DNA of 64,000 nucleotides from Vulcanimicrobiota bacterium (GTDB lineage Bacteria; Vulcanimicrobiota; Xenobia; Xenobiales; JADMJV01): NCBI GenBank assembly GCA_050250895.1, contig JBFWNU010000009.1, positions 1 to 64,000 of the forward strand, read 5' to 3'. Shown piece by piece: positions 63,809 to 64,000 of this stretch (position 1 is its first letter; each line of letters starts with the position of its first letter). The notes under the pieces were generated by a model. It saw only the letters and a program-made list of their open reading frames with translations, ran no database searches and was not told where the DNA came from. The position numbers and the translations under genes were made by a program.

Positions 63809-64000
63809 CTCGAAGCGGTAGATGCGAGCCAGGTCGTCGACCCCTGCGATGTTGACGTCGAGGTCCTTGATCACGCCGTTGCCCAGGTCATAGACCCAGC
63901 CGTGGACATGCGGCAAGGGACCGTCCTGCCAGGCCTTCTGGATGGTCGACGTCTTACACACGTTAAGGACCTGCTCGATCACGTTGAACTCGACGAAACG
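63803..64000 (-). CDS. can: Beta-class carbonic anhydrase, C-terminal part (gene continues beyond the window)
   Basis: RFVEFNVIEQVLNVCKTSTIQKAW...VHGWVYDLGNGVIKDL. Confidence 0.9.
   Translation of the reverse strand, partial: RFVEFNVIEQVLNVCKTSTIQKAWQDGPLPHVHGWVYDLGNGVIKDLDVNIAGVDDLARIYRFEL

Overview
GC-rich, densely coded bacterial chromosome segment of about 50 CDSs, with no rRNA, tRNA, CRISPR array or recognisable transposase. Housekeeping genes are sparse: glnS, a DsbD-type reductase, aldehyde dehydrogenase, molybdopterin oxidoreductase, APC permease, PlsC, HDAC-family deacetylase and a partial beta-carbonic anhydrase. Most of the rest are peptidases, secreted or repeat proteins and hypotheticals. 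Five observations stand out. (1) A C-terminal HNH endonuclease gene (50039-51220, -) lies next to a ~1.2 kb modular array built around the palindrome TTCCAGCTGGAA (7 exact and 3 degenerate copies). The same palindrome occurs inside the HNH gene, and a one-mismatch copy sits at 45621. (2) About ten promoters share an 11-bp-period direct-repeat box at a fixed 10 or 22 nt from a TANNNT -10, a Pho-box/OmpR-like geometry. They mostly precede genes for proteins that lack Sec signal peptides and have short polar N-termini, including several peptidases and a 2202-aa toxin-like protein, plus a ~55-nt sRNA candidate. This suggests a co-regulated effector regulon. (3) A decayed RHS toxin gene at the left end is split by three unrelated 130-185 bp hairpin insertions, and removing two of them restores the reading frame. 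(4) The 2202-aa protein has 18 tandem ANPPANGQ repeats and two stacked C-terminal toxin-like domains. (5) Several genes have leaderless-type starts. Family assignments come from motif recognition only; no database searches were run.
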